From assembly GCA_977016875.1 (NCBI GenBank), contig CDRNST010000067.1, positions 558,001-622,000 of the forward strand: DNA of 64,000 nucleotides, given 5' to 3'. The position numbers were made by a program, and so were the translations under genes. Positions within the stretch are counted from its first letter, which is position 1, and each line of letters opens with the position of its first letter. The notes under the pieces were generated by a model. It searched no databases and had not been told where the DNA came from. It saw nothing but the letters and a program-made list of their open reading frames with translations. The DNA comes from Pavona decussata (taxonomy: Eukaryota). Positions 51,048 to 63,900 of this stretch are shown here, piece by piece.

Positions 51048-53303
51048 GGGAGTTTCAGAAGATATTGGTTTGTAGTATCATTACAACTTCACGCCGATTT
51101 AAGTGTGTCATTCAGAAATGGGAAAAACTGCTGGATTTTGTAGCTTGAAGGCTAGTTTTAGTCCTTTGGGCATTCACTTCGCGAGCCACCGAAAACGTGT
51201 TGAATAAGTTCGGTTTCATTCGTTTGGAAAACGGTGAGATCTTTTGGATGAGGACCTAAAGCAACTTCAAAGGAATGGAACAATAGCGCAATTATGTGAC
51301 CACGAGCGGCAGAGTTTATTATCGTATCCTTTTGTTCTTGATGTGTGAATAAACTCTTATAGAATGACTTGGGACTTTGCATTTAGTTTTTTTCCGCAAA
51401 ACTTTTCCAAGTTCGATATGTATTTATGAAAATAGAGCATTGTGAGAGCTTCAAAAAGAGATCTTGAACGAGGCTTTTTGGTCAATGTAGGCCGAAGTTC
51501 GATGTTTGTTTGTTGATCGGCAGTTCGAACTGCAAAGTTAATTTATGCTGAAGCCATCTTCTTCCAACGCGTTTGTGAATTCCCGAAGGTATCATTGCAG
51601 AGAGTCCTGAATGAAATTTAAGTTCATCCCGAAAACGTTGCTTTTTTATTTGTATTTTTTTAACGAGAAGGTCGATTTGACTGCTGTAAAATGTGGTCTG
51701 AATGAGTTTCTGTTGTCGAGATTTCTCAATGACGCGCCGTCTGACAGTTCCACAGCTGACTGCTCCTTCTCGTTTATATTTTGAATTATTGAAGTTATTC
51801 CCTACAGAGTAAAAAAGTTTTTTGATGAATTTTTACTTTCTTCTTTAAAGAAATCAAATGAAGCCTGGATTTTTATATTACTGCAAACGCTGAGCATCCT
51901 GAGTTCTTGATATTAACAGCCGTGTTTACGTTCGACATTCAAGATCGTTCCGATAAGCCCGTGCTTGATCATAAGCATAAAATAAACTTTAAAAGTTTAG
52001 AGATTATCAAAGAAAAGTTGCAGTCCGACAGCTTTAAAAATTTTTTTTGTGAATCAAACTGAGCTATTGTTTGTTCTCAGATGATAAACAGAAGGAAATT
52101 GTCACACATTTCCTCAAAGGGCCTTCCGATTTATATAGTTGTTCTACATTCCCGAGTGAGATCCGATGTATCCGACGTAAACACCGATAAATCGGCATTG
52201 AGTCTAAACAATAGCATGAATATATGAATACTTAACGACCCACAAAACGTGGGTACACACTTAAATCGACGTGAAGTTGTCATGATTTGAAATCATCAAG
52301 ACTCGGACATGAATGTTAGTGGCTGGCCAAACAAAAGTGTTTTTTTTATGTGGCCAACATGGTCAATTTAAAAAAAACATGTCCAAACAAGAGTAAAAAT
52401 GAAGGACAATTAAAAACAAAACTTGTGCAAAAGAGTAATGAATTTTCAAATATTTTTATCCGAGCAGCCAAATTGCACGCATGAAAAACATCTGCTCTTT
52501 TTAAGCCTGTGGGGGAGGTATTTCTTCTATGTACCGTATTTATTCGTTTATAAGGAGAGCGATTTTTTCACCAAACTTTACCAAAATCTTGAAAATTTGA
52601 GCTAGAGAAGGGTCCTCGGCTTATAGCCGAGTGTTTTTCCAAAATTTTTTTTTTAGAAATGGCAAATTCATAGTAAACATAGATTTATTCGTCTATTAGC
52701 TGAGATACTGCATGCAGAAATAAATGACAAAAGAAGTTGAACTTGGTCATTGATTTTTTAATTATGTGGCGGCTCCTAAATGAGCCATTTGTTGTTTTTG
52801 GGAGGTAGTAAATACGGCTTACTGTTTGTCCTCAGTGTCGGTGTTGAAGCCGTTGTCCATCTCCTCCTCACCCTGCTGTTTCTTCCAAGTAGATGAAACT
52901 GACCAATCAGAATTGCTTATTCCCATGCTTGGTAAACAAACTCGTCACATGATATGGTGTTGAAATTTGCGATTACGTAAAAAGAAAACTTACCTTGACT
53001 TCTCTGCTCTGTAAACCACTCAAGTAATCTCTCATGCGTCCAGCTGAGCTCTCTCATCTTGAGCTCTCCATTAAGGAGGTTCTCTTGCACTTTCCTTCAG
53101 CGCCAGACCATAGACTCACTGATGCTGTACTCTCTGGCTATCTCGGAATTGTTTTTGACAGCTTCGGTTTCTGCGACAATCAGTTTAAATGCAAGATTGT
53201 ATGAACAACAATACGCCTTATTCCAAAATGGCGACCGCCCGAGACGATCTGGGGAGAGTAGCATGATAACGAGACATCAAGGGCCGCCAAGCTCATAACA
53301 ACT

Positions 53304-55350
53304 ATGGCGTCCCTTCAGAACAACATTGTTTACGGTCCTTCGTTTTCACTGAGGATGATATTCCTGGCAGTTCGTTGGATGGAAGAAATCCGAATCGATT
53401 GAAAAATTCCGAATTAAAGTTTTGGTTGAAGTGTCGTGGCGATTCGTGTAAAGGATTGTCAACCAAAGCTCAACTTTGTAAGCGGTAAGTTTCGAGACCA
53501 AACAATAAGCTTAGCGTCGTTGCTATGGCCTAGAGTCTCAAATATTTCCATTATTTTACAGGGTAAACGAGTACTTGGAGGCAAACATTACCCACCTCCT
53601 TGTTGATCCAGACGAAAATGTCATTTATACTAGGCGTAAAAGACGACTTCTCGGTGGTCAGGATAATTCTACTAATCCAATCTTACCTCCGGTCGACGAG
53701 CCACCTCACAACACAAAGAAGGTAGCTTTTACTGCAAATGGATGGGGAACATCTCTGGAAAAAAGTCCACTGTTTACCCGTGCAGAAATGGATAGTCATA
53801 TTTCCAAATCAGGGAAAAAGCACAATAACAGCGCAGATAATCACACGTTGCCCACAGGACTGCGGAAAGCGAAGGGTTTTCTTGCTGATGAATACCTTCA
53901 TGAGATACAAACCTATCATGATGAAAGGTATTTCTATTATCGCGCCAAGTGTTTTCACAGTTTCAAAACTCGTGAAGAGCCACATAATTTGAAACTTGCA
54001 CTTAGTATTGTTTCTGGAGAAGTCGAGCATGCATATTGTGGGCCAAGTTGTGCAGCTGGAAAGTCAGGATTGTGCAACCATGTCCTGGCTTTCATGATGA
54101 AAGTATGTAAATACTCATTGATTAACTGTAAGGATGTTCGGGACCTGAGAGATGAAGAAGATGAAAACCTGAGCACAGCATGTACTTCTGCCTTGCAGAG
54201 CTGGCACCGATCAAGACTTGACGGGATCCCTGCCCAGCCTGTTATGGAAGTAGTGATTTCCAATCCAGTAAACAGTGCTGATAAAAACAAGAAGACTGGG
54301 GTGACTTGCCTAGTAACCGAAGCAAGGAGAGGGGAAAGTGACACTAATGGAAAACTAAAAAATTTAATTGAATCTCTTGAGCAGCATAGCTCAAAAATAG
54401 GTAATACACAAGTTGTCGACACTGCTAGTCTTGATACTTTGCCTACTGTGGACACTCGCTTTGGAAAATGTCCAGTTGGATCATATGGATCATACCAGCT
54501 ATCCTTCACAGAGTCTAATTTCTCTTACATAAGCTCGTTTGATGGATCTCAAGAGGTTGCTCACTGCACAGCAACTGAATTCCCTGCTTACCCCTCTTTT
54601 CCTTTGGATGAATGTAATGGCTCTTTAGTTCCACCAGACAATCTAACTGAGAAAGAGCAGGAACTGCTAAGGAGTCTTAATGTAAATGTTATCAAGGCCA
54701 ACAAAATAGAAGAAAAGACAAGAGAGCAGGCGGAGTGTGTGGAATGGATGCAAGAACGCAAAAACAGATTTACCGCATCTAACTTTGGGAAAATTTCAAG
54801 GAGGGAAAGGAACCATAAGAAGTTTGTTGAAGATCTTTTGGCCCAAAAACCGATTTCTGCTGCGGCATTGGAACATGGCAAAAAATATGAACCAGTGGCC
54901 TTAAAAGAATACGAGAAATATCTGCGTAAAGTGGGAAAGCCTGTTAAGGTACTCAAAAGTGGTCTGTTTGTGTCACCTAAAGTTCCAATTTTAGGTTGTT
55001 CACCTGATGCTAAAGTCATTGACTTGAGCTGCAAAGACAGCTTTGGAATTGGGGAAGTGAAATGTCCTTCTTTTAAATTTAATGTTACACCCCTTGATGC
55101 TTGTGACGACCCTGGCTTCGTCATGGAGAAGAAAGATGGAAAACCCACATTGAAAAAAGGACATGTCTATTACGACCAAGTACAAGGACTTATGGGACTA
55201 ACTGGTGCCCAGTGGTGCGATTTTATTGTTTATACAATTAAAGGACTTAGTGTGGAGAGGATCAAGTTTGATCAAGATCACTGGGATACCCTCTGCGAGA
55301 AACTGTGTAATTACTACTTTAAATATTTCCTTCCTGTAGCTGCTCTGTAG
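53304..55350 (+). CDS. SAP-like + SWIM zinc finger + YqaJ/lambda-exonuclease protein (two exons; exon 1 appears frameshifted)
   Basis: Exon 1 LKNSELKFWLKCRG..KAQLCKR|gtaag; CGPSCAAGKSGLCNH (SWIM); ACTSALQSW; WMQERKNRFTASNFG; GCSPDA..GEVKCP; YYDQVQG..WCDF. Confidence 0.85.
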
Positions 55351-55787
55351 AAAACTAGTACATTTTACAAGGCGAAAGAGTTTTTCCAGGCTGAGTTTGT
55401 GGTGTTGCATTCTCATTTACTATTATTACAATCACTATATGGACAACACGTTAATTTAGATTCCACAGAATTTCTGTATTAGTTTTCAATAATACATATG
55501 TCATTATAGCAACAGGCATGAAGTACATGTAGCAGGAGAATATAATTTAATTGTTTTGTCTGTTTAGCTACTTCATGGAGATGCCTTGACTACAGTTGTG
55601 TCTTTGTGAGAGAAGGGTGAGGGGAGAGGCTATCACAGAATAATTAGCACATAATAACCCTGAAATATTCCGAAAGTGTAAATCAACGAAAACAACAATT
55701 GGCAAGAGGAGTATAAAACTAAGGTTTTACTGGAGACAGAAGTCTATTTCCAAATCAGTTTTTTTCGGTTTTAAAGGATAACAAAAA

Positions 55788-57490
55788 CTATTCACTAATA
55801 ATACTGTTTTGGAAATTACAGAGCATAGCACACACTGCCCACATTTGATTTACGACCGTAAAGTTGGTGAATGGAACCACACTGTCCCATATGTGAAAAT
55901 TTTTAATTTTGTTTATTGCCCTTTCCACATGAATGCGAAGGGCAGCAATCGATTGTGTCTCTACCACTTCCTCAGGGCTCATTTGCCCCTTACTTCCTAG
56001 AAAGGGCGGTATATTCAGGGAAACTCCAAGGGGCAACAGATCCCCTACTGTAAATCCCTTATCTGCCATGACAGCATCTCCTCGGTTGAATGGTAGCTTT
56101 AAAAATCCAGATCTTGTTACTATCTCTCTATCAGAGAGGTGGCCAGTGTAGAGCTGGCTAACAAAAGTTAGAGCACCTCCAGGTGATATGCCGATCAAAC
56201 TCTTAAGTGTTGTGTAGTTTTTATATGAACTAAAAAGTTCACTGTTCAGGCGCATGCTCTTGGGCATCTGACAGCGGATCTCAGTGCAGTCAATAATTAC
56301 TCTGGTTGATGGATATCTCTCTCTAAAATCAGCTGGCATGTGTTTGTCAATTTGAACCCTTGATGGCCACACTGGAATTGTGCTAAATTTTAAATACATA
56401 AAATTTATCCATGAAATTGTTACTCTGCTGACAGTTGTCTGTGAAATTCCATACAAATGGGCCAAATGATCTTCTTTAAATCCTTGCCTCAGTCTGCAAA
56501 GGGTTAAAAAATATTCATCCTTCGGAGTTAAATGTCTAGGTCTGCCCTGTTTGGGGGCATCCTCATCATACCTGTTATTCACTGTGTCTGACTCATCGGA
56601 TTGTGAATCCCAGTAAATTATGTTCTCCCCATTCCTTCTAGGGTTCAGGAATGCAAAAACACTTTCAAATACACTTCTGTTTGGAAATCCTGTATAGAAA
56701 GCCACATCTTTATCAGAATCAAACCGGTCTACATGAAATACCCTTGCCTGTAAAACACTGTTCCGGCGTGTCAATTCTTCAACTTCCGATTCTAAATTTT
56801 CTTGTCGAACCTTTACTTTACAGAGTTCTTGAACCAGCCGTTCGTTTTCCACTTTAAGGTCGCGGCTTATATCTTGTAATTCTTGGTCGTCTATACAAGG
56901 CTTGGAATATGTGCTGGTTGATGTAAGAACCTGACATTCGGATTTCTGTGCTGTAATGCTGATATCGCACGTGGAAACATCTTCAGCGTTCGTGGTTGTG
57001 GTTTTTGCTGCACTTTTTCTCTTAATTGGGCTTCTTCTCGTCGGTGCCTTACGTTTTACCGGGGATCCCTTTTTCTGTGCTGTAATGCTGACATCGCACG
57101 TGGAAACATCTTCAGCGTTCGTGGTTGTGGTTTTTGCTGCACTTTTTCTCTTAATTGGGCTTCTTCTCGTCGGTGCCTTACGTTTTACCGGGCATCCCTT
57201 GTTCTAAGGAAATCGAGATGGCACTGCAGTAGCTAGTAAAGTACGCTTACGACCTGCAATTGCTTTGACAATATCTCCCGGCTTAAAATGCCTCGAGCAA
57301 ACTTTCGTGAGCTCGGTCACTTTAAAATGTTCGCCGACATCTCTTCGTATGGCTGCTATCCATTTCATGAACATATCTCTTTTCTTAAATTGGTCAGGAA
57401 ACTTAAAGTAAAAAAAATCTTTTCCCCATCTTCTACATAAACTTTCTTTTTTCATTCAGGAACACAGCAATTTTGAGGCATTTTCTCCGA
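55788..57490 (-). pseudogene. THAP + DDE_Tnp_4 transposase; core ORF 55788-56852 intact, THAP region disrupted
   Basis: THAP: FKFP..KWIAAIRR..KVCSRHF..AVPSRFP*. Core: FYTGFP, IIDCTE, SSYKNYTT, VMADKGF, RIHVERAI. Confidence 0.88.
56943..57200. repeat. 129-bp in-frame tandem duplication
   Basis: Two near-identical units offset by 129 nt (56946 vs 57075). Confidence 0.9.
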
Positions 57491-58405
57491 ATTTCTCACG
57501 TGTGCGCGGTTAGCATTTGCAGAGAACCGGCCCTTGATGCCTCGTTATCATGCTACTCTCCCCATATCGTCTCGGGCGGTCGCCATTTTGGAATAAGGCG
57601 TATTGAGAGGGACGCTTTTCTTTTGTTCACTTTAATTATCAACACAATAGGCTTACGAGCGTTTTCCGTTGTTTACGGCAATACTGCAGTGAAACAATTT
57701 TCTGTTTAGAATTTTTTGCATTCATTTCAGTTTGTTTGAGAATGGAATACTCTGAATGTAGTCTCAGCTAATAGCCGAGTATTTTCAATTTACACGTTGT
57801 AAAAAATCTTCCTGATTAAAACAGACAGAAATTAAGGGTCTCAGCTCGTAGCCGAGGTTGGCTTCTAGACAAATAAATACAATAGATCCGAGACACTGAT
57901 TTCCCGCCGGTGTAGGCGTCAGTAGATCTCTCACCAGAACATCTCCCGACCCAGAATCCAACGAGCACCATGCCTTTGTGAAGTTTCTCACACACTCCTT
58001 CAATGTGGCTGGGCGATGTAAATTCTTATATTTACTACCCCTTCCATATCTCATGTAGACTATACTATTAATGGCAGCCGGAGTAGAGCACTCTGCATGG
58101 TGAAGGTGAAATACCATCGGCTGCAACAGCTATCGCAGTTTGCGATGTGCAGATTTCCAGCCCAGAAGACTCGCAGCGCTGTGTGGTCGGACATTTTCTT
58201 GATAATACATTTCTTGATCAATCCTGTGTCGCTTCCGTTACTCAAATTCTTGAAGGCGCACTGATACCACCTGCGTCCTGACGACCCTGGAGAATCCTGA
58301 ACACCTTTAGGACCTTGATTTCCACGAGCACCTGTATCGCCTTTACTTCCAGGAGGACCTGCTGTCCCCATGGGTCCTTGGGGTCCCGTAGGACCTTGAA
58401 TTCCA

Positions 58406-58710
58406 CGAGTTCCCTTACTGCCTGTGTTTTTTTAAAATTTATTTTATTTATTCAATCACACTGATATAAGTTTCAGAAAGTGCATAATTACAACAAGGTA
58501 TTAGTAAAGAGGGAATCAGACGAATTGCATCTTATAACACTTACAATAAACAGCCTGATTATATTACTGATTAAATTTAATTAACAGCATCATAAAAGCT
58601 TCTAACTTGTGTTTAACAATTTCGGAATTTTTTAGTTGGTATTTAACTTCTATTTGGTTGGCAAAGTCCGAGAGAGTAAGAGCTTTGTTATGAAGTTTAC
58701 AAGAATAAAT
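58406..58710 (-). mobile_element. L1/Tx1-like 3' end truncating the CTHRC1-like gene
   Basis: IYSCKLHNKALTLSDFANQI.VKY; minus-strand aataaa plus A-rich tail at ~58406-58452. Confidence 0.65.
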
Positions 58711-60473
58711 ATCCACAAATCCAGTGCACAACCCATCTATATGCTACTGCACGTACAAGCCTAAAGGATAAATAGACAAACAGAATCAAGGAAAGTGAGA
58801 ATTATTATTGGGAGTGTTTATGTTTTGACACTTGCTTCAAAGTGAAGCTGTATAGAGTAACAGTAATAAAGCTGTACTGTGTCATTTTATTTCAGAACAG
58901 AAACTGACGCTATTTCAAGTAATCTTTATACTTGAATCGCGCGTACATGTACGATGATGTGAAACCCAGGTTAGATTGCCTTTCTTTTTTTGTACAGCTG
59001 GGCTACGAAGTACACGTGCTGTTATTCAAATTATTGTTTTTGAGAAATATTCTCTTAAAAACCACTCACATTTTCTCGGTTTGACCATCGCGGCGACGAT
59101 AGCCTTCTCCAGTAGCGGCCCCTCAGTAACGGCGCAACTTACAAAAGGACCGTCCTGTTGTTCATGGCCGAAAAGTCGTCATGCTTTGTGATGCAGTTTA
59201 CACGCTTGATACTTCCATCAAACGTAAGTTTTTGGCGAACTTGTGCAATTTCTTTGCAACATCTGTGTTCCAAAGCCCCCATTAAATTCTCTTGTCGGCA
59301 TTCTCGACACATGCACCTACAAACAAAGGATCAAGGTGTTGAATCAAACAAAATTGTTATCAAGCAAGAGTGACAATTTTAAACACTGATCACAACCAAA
59401 TTCATCGCCTTGTTATTTCGAAAAAAAAAAAAGAAGATATATCCGATTACTAACCAAGCATTCACTGAAACATTGCCTTTGAACCGTGCATGAAGGTCAA
59501 CAGGGGTACTCGTACTCGTACTAGAATCTAAAGGTCTCTGTTGGCTCCTCCGCATAGGGTTGAACGATTCCAGTGACTTTCATTTCGTCCAAGTCGCTTG
59601 ACTCGGACAGATTTCCATCAGAAACAGATTCCACAAGGGACATAACTTCGTCACTGTCTGACATTTGGGTGGAAACACCAGCAAGCAAAAAAAATTTAGC
59701 GACAAATGTTGAGAGATTGCTCTTAGCAACAAAGCAAGATATGTGGTAAACAAATCTCTGAGGGGTAAGAGACAATACGACTTTCTTCATTGATAGAACC
59801 CCACAACATAGCGTAGTTGGATTCATCTGCTTCTTTCGTAGAGCCATGCAAGTCAGCACTCAAATCATTCCAGTAATCAAGTATGGCCTTTTTCTCATAC
59901 CAGCCACAGCTGTTGAAGCTTTGCTTCCATAAATCTTTCCCTTACGGGCATTAAACCATTTACATGTAGCACTTCTTTGTCTGTAACATTTGGGATTATC
60001 AGAGTCACTAGTAGTTTCAGAAGACCTTCTCAACCAAAATCACACCTTCCTTTTACTAACAGACTTGAAGGAAATATATGACTTTGAAATCCCCTTCACG
60101 ACATACTACGGCCTCTTAAAAACCATATCCGCAAATGGAAACAAAACTCTGCACTGCAATGAACACCCTGGTCACAGTAACACCTCTCGATCCGTTTTCT
60201 ACAAAAACTGCATATTCCACCTTGCTAGACAAGAGCTTCCTGGCACCTACTGCTGAGAATAGAATTCTGAATCATGGCTTCACAAAAGATAACATCTGCA
60301 ATATTTACATGCTACCTTTTCACATCTTGAAAGAACCAAAATTAATCATGTTTCAGATTAAAATTATTCAAAATACTCTACCCACACAATCTAGCTTGTT
60401 CCGCTCTCGCATAACAAACAATGAAACTTGCCCTTTATGTAACCTTGAAAACCAAACACTACTCCAGATGTTG
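58709..60473. repeat. Direct duplicate of 48014-50517 (Kolobok accessory gene, YqaJ fragment, L1 fragment)
   Basis: Near-identical sequence and ORFs (49567-49905 vs 59521-59859; 50036-50302 vs 59990-60256). Confidence 0.92.
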
Positions 60474-60625
60474 CTTAATTTAGTTGAAGTAGCTCAAGAG
60501 AAGGGTACCAACAGAGCGGCGAATTCGACGAATTTGGCGAAAATGGGAAATTTGACAATAGTCCGCCAAAGGTTGAAATTCAGTTGAACGAGCTCAAGAG
60601 AAGGGTATCAACAGAGCGACGAAGT
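60474..60625. repeat. Short direct repeat unit
   Basis: agctcaagagaagggta(c/t)caacagagcg occurs twice, ~100 bp apart. Confidence 0.6.
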
Positions 60626-60649
60626 CGTCAACGTTTATTTACTTAAGTT

Positions 60650-60735
60650 TTGAGCGACCACTAGATTTCTATGTGTAATAGCTGATGAGGGCTGCGCCCT
60701 CATCAGCTATCATGCGATAGAAATCTCAAGCTCAT
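60650..60735. repeat. Hairpin / collapsed MITE ends
   Basis: gatttctat..tagctgatgagggc-tgc-gccctcatcagcta..atagaaatc. Confidence 0.6.
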
Positions 60736-61239
60736 CATCTGGTTATGAGCAAATTATAATTCTTACTCTACCACCTGATGTCTCGATGTTTCTTGACCAC
60801 CCTCGCTCATGCTTTATATAGACCAGTCTCTTGTGTAGTTTGACTTGCTTAGATTTATCAATATAATCACATGTCAATCACAACAGTGACAATTTGCCAT
60901 TTAAAGCCAGCCTGTTATAATCATTTTTTTTACTAAAGCTACAATTCAAATGATTTGTAGAAATTGTGAACTCTCAATTGTGCATGCATATTATAGACGT
61001 CAGTAAAATAAGTTTATAATTATTATAAACTTATAGCATATTTATATTTTGGAGAGTAGACCCTCTATAATACATCTTTTATCAGCAATATACAAAATAA
61101 TTAAGTTATTAGTGACATTTATAGTTTGCATTATTTTAACACATTTATGTGAAAATGCCCTGAAATGAAATAGTGACTTCATTTAAATAGGAAAAATGGC
61201 GGCGGTCTTGTTTTTAGAACATGTAAAATGTATCTCAAT

Positions 61240-61403
61240 AGACCTTTTCGGGTAACGCAATGCTGTACATAAAATGTTTCGTGCTAAGTATTTCGATATC
61301 ATTTAAATGGGAATACTACATTATAATGCAAATGCAATAAACAAAGAATGTTAACCCCAGGGGATCTGAATTGGGTACAGCATTGGGTTAGCAGGATAGG
61401 TCT
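61240..61403. mobile_element. ISL2EU-type MITE
   Basis: aat|agaccttttcgggtaacgcaatgctgtac ... gtacagcattgggttagcaggataggtct. Confidence 0.6.
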
Positions 61404-62099
61404 AACTTCCATTTAATTTGTTTGAAACAAAAAACGTTCCAAGAATATTAAAGAGCTGAGTACCTCTAATTTGACTATTCATTGGTGGGAAACTCTTGCA
61501 TCATGTTGCTTAGAACATAATTCATGAACATAATCGTGTGAAACAGATATATGCCATACCTCTTTTTTTTATTTCCTCACCTGAATCTATGCATTAGCAT
61601 AATCATTAATGTGAAAAAAAATTCGATTTGCCAAAACAAATATTTTTTTTTGTTAAATCCTTTATATATTTGTGGTCTACCTCTCTTGCTGACAAGGAAG
61701 GCCCACAGAATTGAAGTCACATGTTCTTTGCTAAGTGAAGTGGTATGGCAACTCGACAGCAACTCTAAAAGTTCTCTGAAATCATTTAATATTTTTTCAT
61801 GTTCTGAAAAATGCTTTTAGCAGAGCTCTTCCTGTGTGATGTGTTGATTTAGGTGAGAAAATAATAGTAAAAAAATATGCATGGGTATTGTGAGGTGGAC
61901 TCGGCGATACTTTTGATTTAACTATAAAATTTTTAAAACAAAGATCTACTAATTTCACAATAAAAAAATTGAAATTCTCTGTAGATAGCAACGTGGGAAA
62001 ATTTCAACATGGTATATGTTGAACTTGATAAGCGTAACTTAAAACAGGATAATAAAAGAAGCTTGCTTATACTGTAAACAGTGCTTTGTATAAAATCAC

Positions 62100-63900
62100 T
62101 GGTCAGTGAAGGTAGATGTTGTACCATTGTCTAATTTTGCACGTTTCGCTGATGGGTGCTGTTCTTGACATTAGTCATATTGTGAAATTGTGTCAACAGC
62201 ATTTGGGTGTGTCACATTGCGGTACGCACCATTGTACCTTTCCAGAGTTATCCCCAGCTTCTGGAGGGCCATCAGGAATATTGTTATTTCTTCTTCTGTG
62301 AGTGTTTCACTGTCCTGTTTCATGAAGAATGTCACCTGACATGCCAAAAAAAAAATATGTCAATTGCTTGTGAGAAGAATTTTATTAAAAAAAAAAGCAA
62401 AACAAATAGTGGCCATCTGGCTTGTACAATAATTATATTTGGCACAAACAATGCGGCTTAAAAGATCAAACTCCAAAGAACCTGAAAGAAGTTGTTGTTG
62501 CGACACAAAATGAACAAACCAACTAATCCGATCAGGAGTGAGCAATTTTGCCCTCAGTGAAAGGAAAATTAAGAACAAATGCCTTCTATTTTAACCAACC
62601 AGCACTAAGAAATTTTGCGCTCTATTTCTTTTCCATAATGTGATACCTACAGGACATTAATTGACCCTTAAGGTCTAAATTTGCCACATTTTGAAATATT
62701 TGGCAGTTAACTAGTATACTATGGTGTTACTGACATGTTATTAAGTTTCATTGGATGCAATTTCTTTTCAATAAATGAGAGGCGATGATTTAAGTAATGT
62801 TAATATTTTGTAACAGGGATTAAGGTAATGATTGTGATCATTGATTACATGAGTAAAAGTAAGTAAATGGAGATTTTACATAAAATGTTATTTTAAGTGT
62901 CTTCATATTGACTGCTACCTTCCCTCTTTTCCTACCAAAAAAAAAAAAATTAAGTTACATGTTTCAAGGACATTTGGCACTTCCTTTGTTTTTAGCATGT
63001 TTAATTGTGCCAAGGTTTTTGTGCTCCAAGGCAGTAACTGTCATCAGCAGTTTTTGTTTCCCGCCATCGTGACGACATTTGCTTAAGTTGTTCAGCTTTG
63101 AGGCACTTACATACTTCCCAGGGTACGTTAACACCATTTGTTGCAGTTTTGCGTCATTGCTTTGAGGTGTGAACGTGTTGGAAGAAGCAACCAGTGGTGA
63201 TGAGATCTGTCCATCCTTTATGTCGCGACCAGCCAGAAGAGCTGTGTGCTCAATGCAGAGTCCAATCATGCTGATGGATGCCTGTTGTACTGTTTCTGGA
63301 ATCGTTTTTGGCAACATTTGGAACAACACTGGAAGGGGGTGGACTTGTGAAAGTGCATGTAATGGCAGTGCCAGGGGTAGGTATTGTCCTTTGGCCTTGG
63401 AGAAAAGGGCTGTAAGGAATAAAATTTATTATAATAATGATGGCTTTGTTTTTCTGTTGTTTTAAACATATTTTCCTTACAATTCATTTTCTTTACTAGC
63501 ATAGAATTTTGATTTCAATATGGCCTATGCATGAGGGAATCCGTTCCAGACAGTCTCCTCTCTGTTTATGTCGGTAGCCATTTGAAAGTATAGTAAGAAG
63601 GTAATGAATGATCTTCCAAAATTGTTTTTTAACATTAAAGGTCTAACTTATGGTATTATGTACAATATTGAGACTTTCCATTGCCTGTAAAAGATTACTA
63701 TTGGAAGTTAATATGGGGCTGAATTGTTGACTTACCGCAAATGAAAGGATCCTCTAAACACTCTTTCTCTAACATTGCTTGGCATAAATCATATGCAGCG
63801 AGGTATGTTCTGTTTTCATCAGTAATTTAAAGGTCATACAGATTTGGTTTTGTGGAGGTCTGGCTTGAGCCTTTCAGAATTTGAATGATGATATCCTCTG
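62100..63900 (-). pseudogene. Spliced coding remnant resembling the C-terminus of DUF3987-type (AAA+-like) proteins
   Basis: YDLCQAMLERECLEDPFIC|gtaag; ALFSKAKGQYLPLALPLHAL..LCIEHTALLAGR. One in-frame stop; the gene likely continues beyond the window. Confidence 0.4.

Larger units (their letters stand above)
53213..57601. mobile_element. ISL2EU-type (PIF/Harbinger-related) transposon, full length, 4.39 kb
   Basis: ~74-bp TIRs AT|acgccttattccaaaatggcgaccgcccgagacgat..; AT TSD within caATtg; two convergent genes. Confidence 0.9.
52534..57882 (-). mobile_element. pogo-like deletion derivative (Brinker-like DBD remnant) hosting the ISL2EU element
   Basis: TA|ccgtatttattcg ... aaataaatacaa|TA; ctcggc..agccgag subterminal palindromes at both ends; SYNLAFKLIVAETEAVKNNSEIAREYSISES at ~53100-53205. 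Confidence 0.75.
52501..58405 (-). pseudogene. Intronless CTHRC1-like (short collagen plus C-terminal domain) pseudogene in two pieces: 58405-57883 and 52533-52501
   Basis: Gly-X-Y repeats, then [52 protein letters not shown] | YIEEIPPPQA*. Frameshifts. Confidence 0.82.

Noticed and set aside
53955-55148. Minus-strand ORFs of 184 and 186 aa
   Set aside because: Antisense shadows of the YqaJ ORF; most other short ORFs in the track are similar shadows.
56956-57207. Membrane protein with repeated TM helix
   Set aside because: Antisense reading of the 129-bp duplication in the transposase linker.
48014-60473. Pair of LTRs of one retroelement
   Set aside because: No TG..CA ends, PBS/PPT or internal gag-pol; the repeats are chimeras of other TEs.
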